Numbered from the stretch's first letter, positions 8,577 through 17,384 are shown. The stretch is 49,197 nt of DNA from a virus (IMGVR_UViG_3300028586_000397:1-49197), one strand, 5' to 3'. The notes: generated from the letters alone by a model not told the origin. Translations and numbers: made by a program.

Positions 8577-10721
8577 TTATGCAGCAACTTCGGTGCTGCA
8601 GGCTGAAAATGGATACGCTTCTGCCGGCGGCTTTTCTCTAGTCCAAACGCCACCTGGTGCGTAGTGGTAACCGGCCTCTGTGGCCACTTCGAGAAGCACT
8701 TGGGTCAGTTCCCCGCGTGGAGACAGGTGGATCGCATCGGTCAGTTCGCTTAGCCGTTCCGGCTGGTTGCGGACAAACTCAACCAGGTCAGCCCTGTGCA
8801 TGCTTTTCACGTCGATAGGCGTCGACGTCGTCAGTTCGGTGAGGTCGGCTTGCGCGACTAAGCGATAGACGCCGCCATAGGGTGCGTAGCCGAGCTGACT
8901 GGCGGCGTCGACGAAGGCGGCCGTCAGCTCATCAGTGCCGCGATCGATAATTGCGCGTGCCAGGTCGTTGATCTGATCGGGGTTGGCTTCGATGAAGCCG
9001 AGTAGCTCGCCCGGCTGCAGCTTGGCCAGGTCAGGCGTAACGCTCCCGGCCTTTGCTGGCTCTGCATCAGCAGCGGCCGCCTTCTTAGCCTTCTGCTGCG
9101 CTGCCGGCTTTTTCTTCTTGTCGGCCTTGGCCTTTGCCTCAGCGTCAACCTCAGCGCGGATCTTCTTTGCATCGACCTTGGTGCGGACCGCGAAGGCGAG
9201 AATGTGCTCGGGCTTGGCTTTTGGATCGGTGTACACGCTGATGTCGAGTTCGCGGCAGAGCGAGCAATCGCGGATGAACTGGTTCAGCTGAGCTGGCGTC
9301 AATGCGGCGACGGCCTTCTTGATGTTCTCGCGGTACGGGTAGGCGACCGTCGCTTCGGTCCAGCCATACAGCTCCATCAGAAATTTCTTTGCAATCGTTC
9401 CGCCTGGCAGGCTGTCAAACATCTGCGCAGCGATGAGGCGAAGGTCCTCGTCGACCAGGTTCATCATCAGCGAGGCGTCGTGCGTTGCCTGCAGCAGGCG
9501 CTTGCGGTACTCGCGCTCGAGCTTTGCCGCAGCCTCCATCTCCTTTTCACGCGCGCTGCTCGAGCTCGACTTTTGCGGGACCGCCAGGCCTTTTGCCTGC
9601 AGTGCTGGCACTAGGTCGTCGAGCTTGATGATGTGGTGCAGCGTCTTGTCGTCGCTGCTCTCCAGGAGAGTCGTTTGCGGGAGGCTCTTGCCCAACATTT
9701 GGCGGTACGTGCGGTTCTTTTCGTCGGACCAGACCTTCTCGTCGACGGCGACATACCCACCGTTGAGACTTGTCGGGCCATAACGCATCACCTTTTTCGC
9801 CTCGGCGCCAGACAGGATAATCATTCCCGCGTTTCGCGCCTCCAGCTTGACGTTCTCGCGATGCTTCTCTTCCTTAGCTTTGAAGCACGTTGGATCGGTG
9901 CAGACGTCTGCACTGACGCCCTCGAACACCTCGGGCTGATTGCCGGCACGTTGCGGGCACGTGGTGCACGGGCCAAGGGCTGGTATCAGGGTTGCATCCG
10001 CAATCTTGAACACTGCTTTCTTCAGGTTCAGCATGTAGTTGCGTTCAACGTGGGTGACTGCCGTCCGATAAGACATGACCCCACCCCAATCGCTGGTGAC
10101 CTCTTTGAGGCATTTCTCCTGAAGTGTCTTCACTGGAATGCGTGCGATCAGCAGGGCGATCGATGCCGAGATTTTGTTCTCGAAAAAAACATCACGGGCC
10201 TTCTCGGTCAGGGCGCAGAGCTTCAGGCGGCCGTAGATGTACGAGCGGCTTTTGTTGACCTCCTCGGCCAGCTGGTCGGCGTTGTACCCGTGCTGCTGCA
10301 TCAGCAACTGGTATCCCTCCGCCTCCTCAATCGGATGCGGATCTTCACGCTGCAGGTTCTCAAGGATGCGGATCTTGGCCGCGTCCAGGTCGCTCAGATT
10401 GCGGCACAGTGCTGGGATCGTGGTCATGCCGGCGATGATCGATGCGCGGTAACGGCGCTCGCCAGCGACGATCTCGTATTCCTCCGGCGCCTCCTGGGTC
10501 GGCGTGACTGGGCGGATCAGGATCGGCTGCGCAACGCCCATCGCCTTGATGCTGGCGGCCAGCTCCTGCAGCGCGAGTTCATTGAAGCGCTTGCGATTGT
10601 CGGGAGACGGGCGCATGCGCACCAGTGGGTACAGGCCGTAGACGCCCTGGTCGGTGACGAGTTCGTCGACAACGATGGTCGAAGCGGCCGGCGCCAGGGT
10701 GGTGATAGCAGTATTGGTCAT
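8577..10721 (-). CDS. ParB/RepB/Spo0J family protein (714 aa)
   Basis: LAASIKAMGVAQPILIRP, IVAGERRYRA (CTPase motif), ENLQRED, HTH ADQLAEEVNKSRSYIYGRL, CxxC...C...C cluster. Confidence 0.92.
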   Translation of the reverse strand: MTNTAITTLAPAASTIVVDELVTDQGVYGLYPLVRMRPSPDNRKRFNELALQELAASIKAMGVAQPILIRPVTPTQEAPEEYEIVAGERRYRASIIAGMTTIPALCRNLSDLDAAKIRILENLQREDPHPIEEAEGYQLLMQQHGYNADQLAEEVNKSRSYIYGRLKLCALTEKARDVFFENKISASIALLIARIPVKTLQEKCLKEVTSDWGGVMSYRTAVTHVERNYMLNLKKAVFKIADATLIPALGPCTTCPQRAGNQPEVFEGVSADVCTDPTCFKAKEEKHRENVKLEARNAGMIILSGAEAKKVMRYGPTSLNGGYVAVDEKVWSDEKNRTYRQMLGKSLPQTTLLESSDDKTLHHIIKLDDLVPALQAKGLAVPQKSSSSSAREKEMEAAAKLEREYRKRLLQATHDASLMMNLVDEDLRLIAAQMFDSLPGGTIAKKFLMELYGWTEATVAYPYRENIKKAVAALTPAQLNQFIRDCSLCRELDISVYTDPKAKPEHILAFAVRTKVDAKKIRAEVDAEAKAKADKKKKPAAQQKAKKAAAADAEPAKAGSVTPDLAKLQPGELLGFIEANPDQINDLARAIIDRGTDELTAAFVDAASQLGYAPYGGVYRLVAQADLTELTTSTPIDVKSMHRADLVEFVRNQPERLSELTDAIHLSPRGELTQVLLEVATEAGYHYAPGGVWTREKPPAEAYPFSACSTEVAA
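9898..9913. repeat. 16-bp palindrome GTGCAGACGTCTGCAC, copy 1 (inside parB); candidate parS
   Basis: Perfect palindrome; recurs at 17690, 27774, 41914 and 44541. Confidence 0.75.
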
Positions 10722-11071
10722 GCGTGCTCCATGCGCGTTTTCCGTGCGCGCTTAGGTGGTGCGCCAGCAGGGGCTGGATTGACGGTGAAGAAGCCAATAT
10801 CGAACTCTGCCCGTGGCATGCGGATGTGTACGAGCCAACCAGTGAACCCTGGCTTGGGCTGCAGTGGTGCCCGCACAGGCTCCGCGACCTCAATGCCCCG
10901 CGAGCGCATCAGCTCGAAAACCTTGGGAAGTTCGAGGCGGCGGCCGTCAGTAGAGACCTGCTCTGCCGAACATGCGTGAGTGGCGCAAAACGAATTCAAA
11001 GCGGCCAGATCGCGAGCGGCTTCTAGCGCGCAATGCAGTTCGCCGGTGCCTAAGCGTGAGGCCATGGTCAT
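10718..11071 (-). CDS. Hypothetical phage protein (117 aa)
   Basis: ATGA-coupled to both neighbours. Confidence 0.65.
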   Translation of the reverse strand: MTMASRLGTGELHCALEAARDLAALNSFCATHACSAEQVSTDGRRLELPKVFELMRSRGIEVAEPVRAPLQPKPGFTGWLVHIRMPRAEFDIGFFTVNPAPAGAPPKRARKTRMEHA

Positions 11072-11211
11072 GCCGGCCTCACTGAAATGCTGTAGATACG
11101 ATCGCCCTGTTGTTCGGCTGCAGAGTCGTAGGCCAATGCTGCTGATGGTGCGATGGCGTAGTACATCCGCGGTTGCCCGCCTGTTCGAACTGTCACGTGA
11201 AAGCGCCGCAT
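11068..11211 (-). CDS. Small hypothetical protein (47 aa, MRRFHVTVRTGGQPRMYYAIAPSAALAY...), first gene of the early-left operon
   Basis: GGAGG RBS, stop overlaps the next start; below the ORF-track cutoff. Confidence 0.7.
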   Translation of the reverse strand: MRRFHVTVRTGGQPRMYYAIAPSAALAYDSAAEQQGDRIYSISVRPA

Positions 11212-11245
11212 ATTGCCTCCTGTAGTGGGAAGTGATAACGGCTCA

Positions 11246-11289
11246 ATATTACTAAACGGTAATGAGGTACGTCAACACCGTTTGGTAAT
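11246..11289 (-). promoter_or_regulatory. pL-like promoter with two operators (OL)
   Basis: TTGACG-18bp-TAATAT on the minus strand; operators ATTACTAAACGGTAAT and AACACCGTTTGGTAAT. Confidence 0.75.
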
Positions 11290-11316
11290 ATTCGGGATAT
11301 TGCGGGAATTTGGGCG

Positions 11317-11342
11317 AAAAAAACCGACACTCTAGGCGTCGG
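11317..11342 (-). terminator. Putative terminator of the repressor transcript
   Basis: CCGAC/GTCGG stem followed on the minus strand by a T7 run. Confidence 0.5.
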
Positions 11343-11364
11343 CAGTCAGTGAAAAAATGTCATC

Positions 11365-11384
11365 TACTGTATATTTGTACAGTA
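11365..11384. promoter_or_regulatory. LexA (SOS) box TACTGTATATTTGTACAGTA
   Basis: Perfect CTGT-N8-ACAG with TA flanks and AT-rich spacer, 60 nt upstream of the ORF at 11444. Confidence 0.88.
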
Positions 11385-11443
11385 ATTTTAGTGTAGGATA
11401 TTACGCACACGTAATATTGCGCGTGCAGAACGCAGGTGGCGAC

Positions 11444-11596
11444 GTGGAAGAGTATTTCAAAGAGATGAAGGAAGCGCTCCGGGCGATGACCCCGGAGGCG
11501 CGGAAGGAGATGCTGAAGCTGGCAAGGGCAATGGCTGCAAGGTATCCCGCCCAGGCTCAGCCATTGCTACGATTGGTGAGCGGAACCCGTTCCTAG
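11444..11596 (+). CDS. Putative SOS-inducible antirepressor (50 aa)
   Basis: GTG start after AGGTGG, downstream of the LexA box, convergent with and overlapping the repressor 3' end; function inferred. Confidence 0.6.
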   Translation: MEEYFKEMKEALRAMTPEARKEMLKLARAMAARYPAQAQPLLRLVSGTRS

Positions 11597-12010
11597 CTCG
11601 CTGGTAGCGGCCGATTCAGCCGCAATTTCGACGAGACCTTTTCCAGCGTCGCCCGCGTGACGGTAGTGCGTCAATAAGTCCAATTCTCGCTGTGTAACGT
11701 ACACCAGAGCCATCCACTGCGGCTCTACCGTTTCCACGATCCTGAGCCGTGCTCCTTGGCCGATCTTCTGAGGCTCGTTCGCGTTCGGCGCCGTGTCGTC
11801 GACTGGAGTATCCAGCCACCCTGTAGGTAAGTTGGATTTAGCTTCGAGCTTTCTGGCTTTTCTTTCCCCGAACGATTTTTTTGTGCGAAGCAGAGCCGAG
11901 ATCTCGCCCTGGTTCTCGCCCGTCTCGTCGATGTACCTGGCCTGCGAGCCCTCGTATCGCTCGTCTATCAGCTGCGCCAGTCGCGCCCGCCGGATGTCTT
12001 GAATTTCCAT
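11567..12010 (-). CDS. Prophage repressor (CI-like HTH, no S24 peptidase domain)
   Basis: IRRARLAQLI...SFGERKARKLE...LPTGWLD N-terminal domain; divergent from cro; only 147 aa. Confidence 0.85.
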   Translation of the reverse strand: MEIQDIRRARLAQLIDERYEGSQARYIDETGENQGEISALLRTKKSFGERKARKLEAKSNLPTGWLDTPVDDTAPNANEPQKIGQGARLRIVETVEPQWMALVYVTQRELDLLTHYRHAGDAGKGLVEIAAESAATSELGTGSAHQS

Positions 12011-12030
12011 AACTCCGATTGTCCTAGCCG

Positions 12031-12089
12031 ATTACTAAAGAGTAAATCACCAAATGGTATTGACTTTTCTCATTACCGTTTAGTAATAT
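12031..12089 (+). promoter_or_regulatory. pR-like promoter with three operators (OR)
   Basis: TTGACT-18bp-TAATAT; operators ATTACTAAAGAGTAAA, ATCACCAAATGGTATT and ATTACCGTTTAGTAAT; 12069-12089 is the exact reverse complement of 11246-11266. Confidence 0.8.
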
Positions 12090-12097
12090 GCTTGCCC

Positions 12098-12355
12098 ATG
12101 GACAAACTACTTCGATTTCTCAACGCCCTGACAAAGGGCGAGCGCACTGTTTTTTGTGCTGCGTGTGAAACCAGCGAGCGCTATTTGCGAAAAGCGGTTA
12201 GCGCGCACCAGCGACTCGGCGCAGACCTGTGCATCAAGATCGACAAAGCCTCGAAGGGCGAGATCCGCTGTGAGGATCTTCGTCCCGATGTTGACTGGGC
12301 CTACCTCCGAGAGTCAGTCAAGCAGCCAAGTTGTGATGACAACGAAGAGATGTGA
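12098..12355 (+). CDS. Cro/YdaS-like transcriptional regulator
   Basis: HTH followed by the IRCEDLRPDVDWAYLR C-terminal motif; divergent from the repressor. Confidence 0.85.
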   Translation: MDKLLRFLNALTKGERTVFCAACETSERYLRKAVSAHQRLGADLCIKIDKASKGEIRCEDLRPDVDWAYLRESVKQPSCDDNEEM

Positions 12356-12453
12356 GGCCAGGAGTGCGAACGGTGAAGAATCGAACGCGAGTCGATATGG
12401 AAATAGTAAGGCGCTCGTTGCAAAACGGGCAACCACAAGAAAAGGGGTTCACT

Positions 12454-12912
12454 GTGGATATTAAGAAATCTTTTCTCTCGATGATCAAGGCTTTTCCTGG
12501 CGGATGGGATGCCATGACGGGCGCTTTGGGTATGAGCCGTGATGCCCTCGAAAACCGCATCTTCGAACGCAAGGGCCAGGGGGTTCTCGTCGAAACCGCA
12601 CTGCAGATGCAGAAGCTCTCAGATACGACATGTTTCGCTGAGGCGGTCGCAGCAGTAAGTGGGGGTACGTTCGTCAAGCTGCCGGAAGTCGAGGTAGAGA
12701 ACGCCGACATCCTGCGCAAATTCAATGAGCTTTATGCGGAGCTGGGCCGCTTCTCGAGCGATTTTAACCAGGCCACAGCGGACGACGAGATCGATCGCCG
12801 GGAGGAGGCGCTGCTGCGCGACGATGCCGACCGGATGCATAAGACGCTGTCCGAGCTGGTTGCGCTCACGATGCGCGTGTATCGCAAGCCAGCGGGTCAG
12901 GAGGGAGCATGA
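12454..12912 (+). CDS. YmfL/CII-like phage regulatory protein
   Basis: MIKAFPGGWDAMTGALGMS..ALENRIFERKGQ and ADDEIDRRE motifs; GTG start after AAGGGG. Confidence 0.8.
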   Translation: MDIKKSFLSMIKAFPGGWDAMTGALGMSRDALENRIFERKGQGVLVETALQMQKLSDTTCFAEAVAAVSGGTFVKLPEVEVENADILRKFNELYAELGRFSSDFNQATADDEIDRREEALLRDDADRMHKTLSELVALTMRVYRKPAGQEGA

Positions 12913-13142
12913 CAACTGGCGCACGATTCGCTGAATGTGCCGACCTGGTCAGCGTAGGCGTACCGGCTACCACCACTGGCCCCGCGCCAGTTACGCGCCC
13001 CCTTTCCCCCGGGAATAGGGCACCCATCCGCGTGATGCGGCCGGGCGCATTTGACTACCGCGATATCCCATCGCTGTGCGGCCAGACACGCGTGCCGTTC
13101 AAAAGCAGCATTACGATCACCGACGAGGCAAAGCAAGGATGA
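12909..13142 (+). CDS. Hypothetical phage protein (77 aa)
   Basis: ATGA overlaps on both sides; RPGAFDYRDIPS motif. Confidence 0.65.
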   Translation: MTTGARFAECADLVSVGVPATTTGPAPVTRPLSPGNRAPIRVMRPGAFDYRDIPSLCGQTRVPFKSSITITDEAKQG

Positions 13143-16024
13143 GCAGCGAGCAACAAGTTTTGGCTCAGATGGTCGAGAGTGGTATTTCGCGACTTCCGCC
13201 AACGCCGCTGATCACCACTGGAAAATTCAGGCGTTTCGGGAAGGACAGCAAGGGCTGGTACATCCTGCGCGAGCTCGAATTGGACAGCGGCAAAACGGTG
13301 CTGACGGGTGCGTTCGGTTGGTTCCAGGGTGAGAACCGCAATACGGTGCCAGTCAAGGTCGACGCTGAAGCAATGTCGCCCGAAGATCGCCAGGCATATA
13401 AACGCAAGCTGCGCGAAGCGGAAAAGGCCGAGGAGGAGAAGCGTCAGCGCGAGATTCGTCTCGCAGCCAACCGTGCGCGTGACCAGTGGAATAAGGCTGC
13501 TGGCGTGCCGGTCGCGCATCCCTACCTGGTGCGCAAACAGGTTCCGGGCGAGGGGGTGCGTGTAGGCCATGACGGTATGTTACTCATCCCTCTCGTGCGC
13601 GATGGCCAGCTGCTCGGCCTGCAAAAGATCAGCGCGGCCGGCGTGAAAAAGCTGAATGCCGGCATGGATGCGATCGGCGTCATGCACGTGCTTGGCCAGC
13701 TCGACGGTGCGCCCGTCATCGCCCTGGGTGAGGGATATGCGACCTGTGCTAGCGCACGTCTGGCGCTCGCGCCTGGCTATGACTTGCCTGTCGTCGTCGC
13801 CCTGAATGCCGGCAACCTGATTCACGCCGCCCGCTGGTTGCGTAAGCACTACCCGACTGCGCACCTGCTGTTCCTCGCTGACGACGATTACCTGCTTGCC
13901 GAGCGGTTTGCCAGGCTCCTGCAGGACGAATTCAAGATCTCGTCGCCGGCGCCGATCGACGGCGTCACGCATCGCGTGGTTGCCGATGATGGTGAGACCG
14001 TCGACGTTATGGCCACCTGGCGTGCGGACATCAACGGTATCCGGTACATCAGCACCGATATCCGCAGGGGTAGGGCGGTCAGCTCGCCCACGTTCTCGAA
14101 CGCTGGCGTCTCAAGTTGCCACACTGCGGCCAGAGAAGTGGGCAATGCTTCGGTCGCTATTCCATTGTTTGCCGTCGACCGGGCCGGCCGCAAGCTGACC
14201 GACTTCAACGACCTGCATATCGAGGAAGGGCTCGACAAGGTCGCGGCGCAGATCGGGGTTTCCCTTCTCGCTGCGGAGCAGCGCAATGTGGACTCCCTGC
14301 CTGCACCCGCGCAAGCGGCCGAGGTGCCACTGCAGCCTGCGGCCGTCCTCTCCCTCGCTGCGCAGCAGCACAATACTCAGCCCTTCACCCCATCCGCGCC
14401 AGCGGTCGTGCAGGCACCGCAGTCGGGACCGATCCTTCCCTTCGCTGCGCAGCAGCGCACGACCGGTTCTCCCGCCCCCTCTCCGGCGGCGGCCGCAGCC
14501 GACGATTCATTTTCGGAGGGTTCGGTCCCAAATTCCCCCCCTCCCCCCGGTGCGGAGCAGCCGCGCGCGAGCGCGACAGGCGAGACGCCTGCGGAAATCG
14601 CGGCGCGATTTGACGAGGAAGCGGCTGGCAGTGGGGCGAAAACGCCACCAGCTGGCGACCGCTCCGCGCCGGGGGAGGGGGGCAACGACGAGGCGCCGCA
14701 TAAGAAGGACAAGCCCAAGAAGGTCTACGGGCAGGCCCACTGGGACGCCGTCGACGACGTGCTCGAGAACTTCATCCTGATCTACGGCGAAGACCTGGTA
14801 TGGGACTGCCGGCAGCGCATGCTGATGAAGGTCTCGGCCATGCGCACCATCGTGGCCAACAACGATGTGATGAAGTTCTGGTCCGGCGAGTCGCGTAAGT
14901 GGGTGCTGAAAAAGAACATCGTGTTCGATCCGACCGAGGCTCCCAGTCCGGCCAAGAGCGGTCCCACGGCGACGGTCAACCTGTTCAGCGGCTGGAAGAT
15001 GCGCCCGAAGAAGGGCAACTGCATGCAGATCCAGGTGCTGCTGTCGCACCTGTGTGACGGCAACGACGACCTGGCGACGTGGATACTGCGCTGGCTCGCC
15101 TACCCGCTGCGCAACCCAGGCGCGAAGATGGAAACCTCGATCATCATGCACGGCGACGAGGGCAGCGGTAAAAACTTCTTCTTCGAGAAGGTGGTCAAGG
15201 CCATTTACGGCGAGTACGGCTACGTCATCGGCAATGCGCAGCTGGAGTCGAACTTCAACGACTGGGCATCCATGAAGCTGTTCATGGTGGCCGACGAGGT
15301 GGTAACTCGGGCCGAGCTTAAGCAGATGAAGGGCAAGCTCAAGTACCTGGTGTCGGGCGACACCGTCATTGTCAATCCGAAGGGGCTGCCCGAGCACAGC
15401 GAAGCGAACCAGATGAACTTCGTGTTCCTGTCGAACGAGCTGCAGCCGCTCGCCCTGGACAAGACTGATCGCCGCTACCTGGTGGTGTGGACGCCGCCGG
15501 CGCTCGGCCGCGAGTTCTACGTGGGGGTGGCCAATGAGATCAAGGCGGGCGGCATCGAGGCCTTCTACCACTACCTGGTGTACGAGCTGGACATGGGTGA
15601 CTTCAACGAGCACACGAAGCCGCTCTACAACGAGGCCAAGGACAAGCTCATCGAAAAGAGCCTGGCGCCGGCCGAGCGCTTTTACCGCGAGTGGTCGAAA
15701 GGTCTGCTTCCTTTGCCATTCATCACGTGCGGCGTGCAGCAGCTATATGACGCCTTCCAGGTGTGGTGCAACCGGTCGGGCGAATCGAAGTACACGTCAC
15801 TGACCATTTTCAGCCCGACCGTCGAGCGCTATGCCGGCAGCGTTCTGCAGAAGAAAGCAATCCTCTACGAGTACGGCGAGAAGGTGAAGCAGCGGTTCGT
15901 GTTCCTGGTGGGCGACCAGCCGCATGGCAAGTCTTTCCGCGAGTGGGCGGAGGATGCCTGTGGCCTGTTCGATTCACAGCTGAAGTCGTACCGCGCGCGT
16001 GGCGTGGGTGATGTTGAGGGTTGA
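13139..16024 (+). CDS. Primase-helicase replication protein (TOPRIM + SF3 helicase)
   Basis: HPYLVRK, GEGYAT, ADDD, TDFNDL primase motifs; GDEGSGKN Walker A, VADE Walker B, FLSN, DRRY. Confidence 0.92.
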   Translation: MSSEQQVLAQMVESGISRLPPTPLITTGKFRRFGKDSKGWYILRELELDSGKTVLTGAFGWFQGENRNTVPVKVDAEAMSPEDRQAYKRKLREAEKAEEEKRQREIRLAANRARDQWNKAAGVPVAHPYLVRKQVPGEGVRVGHDGMLLIPLVRDGQLLGLQKISAAGVKKLNAGMDAIGVMHVLGQLDGAPVIALGEGYATCASARLALAPGYDLPVVVALNAGNLIHAARWLRKHYPTAHLLFLADDDYLLAERFARLLQDEFKISSPAPIDGVTHRVVADDGETVDVMATWRADINGIRYISTDIRRGRAVSSPTFSNAGVSSCHTAAREVGNASVAIPLFAVDRAGRKLTDFNDLHIEEGLDKVAAQIGVSLLAAEQRNVDSLPAPAQAAEVPLQPAAVLSLAAQQHNTQPFTPSAPAVVQAPQSGPILPFAAQQRTTGSPAPSPAAAAADDSFSEGSVPNSPPPPGAEQPRASATGETPAEIAARFDEEAAGSGAKTPPAGDRSAPGEGGNDEAPHKKDKPKKVYGQAHWDAVDDVLENFILIYGEDLVWDCRQRMLMKVSAMRTIVANNDVMKFWSGESRKWVLKKNIVFDPTEAPSPAKSGPTATVNLFSGWKMRPKKGNCMQIQVLLSHLCDGNDDLATWILRWLAYPLRNPGAKMETSIIMHGDEGSGKNFFFEKVVKAIYGEYGYVIGNAQLESNFNDWASMKLFMVADEVVTRAELKQMKGKLKYLVSGDTVIVNPKGLPEHSEANQMNFVFLSNELQPLALDKTDRRYLVVWTPPALGREFYVGVANEIKAGGIEAFYHYLVYELDMGDFNEHTKPLYNEAKDKLIEKSLAPAERFYREWSKGLLPLPFITCGVQQLYDAFQVWCNRSGESKYTSLTIFSPTVERYAGSVLQKKAILYEYGEKVKQRFVFLVGDQPHGKSFREWAEDACGLFDSQLKSYRARGVGDVEG
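14259..14510 (+). repeat. Three degenerate 87-bp (29-aa) tandem repeats in the primase-helicase linker
   Basis: TCGCTGCG(G/C)AGCAGC anchors at 14268, 14355 and 14442 (period 87). Confidence 0.75.
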
Positions 16025-16280
16025 CCGTCCACATTGCTACTAGCTCCAACATGCGTAAGTCTTTGAATAATAAAGCGATGTGGAAGGTATTGAGGGTATT
16101 GGTGGTTTTTTGAGGCTCCATGCGCGTGCGCACGTGAGTAATAAGGCGAGCCAAGAGAAGAAGCGACGAGATTAATTGCTGTCTGATTTTATTTAAACCA
16201 TCAATAGTCTCAATACTGTCAATAAAGACAATGAAAACAATGAGTTAAGTATGTTGAGGGTATGTTGACGGTGTTGAGGG
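16012..16280. other. Putative phage replication origin
   Basis: AT-rich non-coding region after the primase-helicase with about ten 9-bp T(G/A)TTGA(G/C)GG-type repeats in both orientations. Confidence 0.7.
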
Positions 16281-16320
16281 TTTGCTAAAAAGAAACTTTA
16301 GGAAATTCAGGAGGCAGGGG

Positions 16321-16608
16321 ATGGCAAGAGGAAGCATGCGCGAACAGATGCCGACAGTGGCGGCCTGGATCGATCAGATGCGGGCAGCGTTCGGCAAAGA
16401 GCACATCGATCGGCAGATCCGGGCCGGTATGAAAGGGCAGCCAGTCTTCTTCGCCAGCGAGAACGGGCACACACTCGGGACGAAGCCAAGGCGCGGCTGG
16501 CGGGTACTAAAGGATGAGCGGGGTAACCCGATAGCAGTAGATGGCGATGGCAAACGGTGGCGATATGTGGACGGCGAGTACCGTCCTGTGGATCAAGGGG
16601 AAACGTGA
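16321..16608 (+). CDS. Hypothetical phage protein
   Basis: GGAGG RBS; MREQMPTVAAWIDQMRAAFG...FFASENGHTLGT. Confidence 0.7.
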   Translation: MARGSMREQMPTVAAWIDQMRAAFGKEHIDRQIRAGMKGQPVFFASENGHTLGTKPRRGWRVLKDERGNPIAVDGDGKRWRYVDGEYRPVDQGET

Positions 16609-17288
16609 TGGGAGTGATAGGTATGGAAGCAGGGCAGCAAGGCATTTTTCAGGACGCAGGGCAGGCCGTGCACGTGGCCTTCGTGGTCTTGGGGCAGGAG
16701 GCGTCGCATGGCACGCCATTCAGGACGGCGCTGCTGCGGGTAATGGAGCAATCCACCCTGGACGTGGGCCAGCAGCACTGGCTCGATCAGCTGCGCGGTG
16801 ATCGGGCCGGCACGGTGGACTTTGTAGGCCTCAGCACGCTCGACGTGCGCGCGCAATGCGCACTGATTGCTCAGGCGATCAAGAAGCTGCCTGAGGTCGA
16901 GATGTGTGTCCTGCAGGCGAAATACGGGCAGACCGACTTCGAGGATGTCGCCGGCGTACGGCGGTTCGCTTTCTCGGCCGAGCGGATCGCGGCCATTCAC
17001 GGGCTGTCGAAGTGGATGGCGCCGATGTTCTCACGCATCAAGCCGCTAGCCCTGGACTGCATGCTTGGCCGGATGTTCGCCAACCATAAGCGGATCGACA
17101 TCAGCGCGCGCGATCTGGCGGCGCAGTTTGGAGGGTGTCACAAGAAATACATCCGCGCTTCGTACAAGATGAAAAACCATCTGCGCATGCTCGAGGAGAA
17201 GGCGATCGCTCGGCTCGGGCCATATTTTGCTGAGCATGGCCTAATTCGTGAGGATAGTGTTGCTGAATCTGTGCAGCATTACTGCTAA
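16608..17288 (+). CDS. Putative late-gene regulator (Q-like position)
   Basis: Last gene before a promoter-terminator pair; C-terminal HTH-like SARDLAAQFG; function inferred from synteny. Confidence 0.55.
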   Translation: MGVIGMEAGQQGIFQDAGQAVHVAFVVLGQEASHGTPFRTALLRVMEQSTLDVGQQHWLDQLRGDRAGTVDFVGLSTLDVRAQCALIAQAIKKLPEVEMCVLQAKYGQTDFEDVAGVRRFAFSAERIAAIHGLSKWMAPMFSRIKPLALDCMLGRMFANHKRIDISARDLAAQFGGCHKKYIRASYKMKNHLRMLEEKAIARLGPYFAEHGLIREDSVAESVQHYC

Positions 17289-17302
17289 TTGGAAATAATG
17301 CG

Positions 17303-17332
17303 TTGACGCAATCGCCCCAGCTCAGCTATATT
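17303..17332 (+). promoter_or_regulatory. pR'-like late promoter
   Basis: TTGACG-18bp-TATATT directly after the putative Q gene. Confidence 0.6.
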
Positions 17333-17359
17333 TTCGCCATGCTCGCAGTCAATGTAAGC

Positions 17360-17384
17360 AAAGCCCGCTGATGCGGGCTTTTTT
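17360..17384 (+). terminator. tR'-like terminator
   Basis: AAAGCCCGC-TGAT-GCGGGCTTTTTT. Confidence 0.85.

Noticed and set aside
11357-11443. ATG 11357 as start of the 79-aa ORF
   Set aside because: Would translate through the LexA box/promoter; GTG 11444 has an RBS-like sequence and fits better
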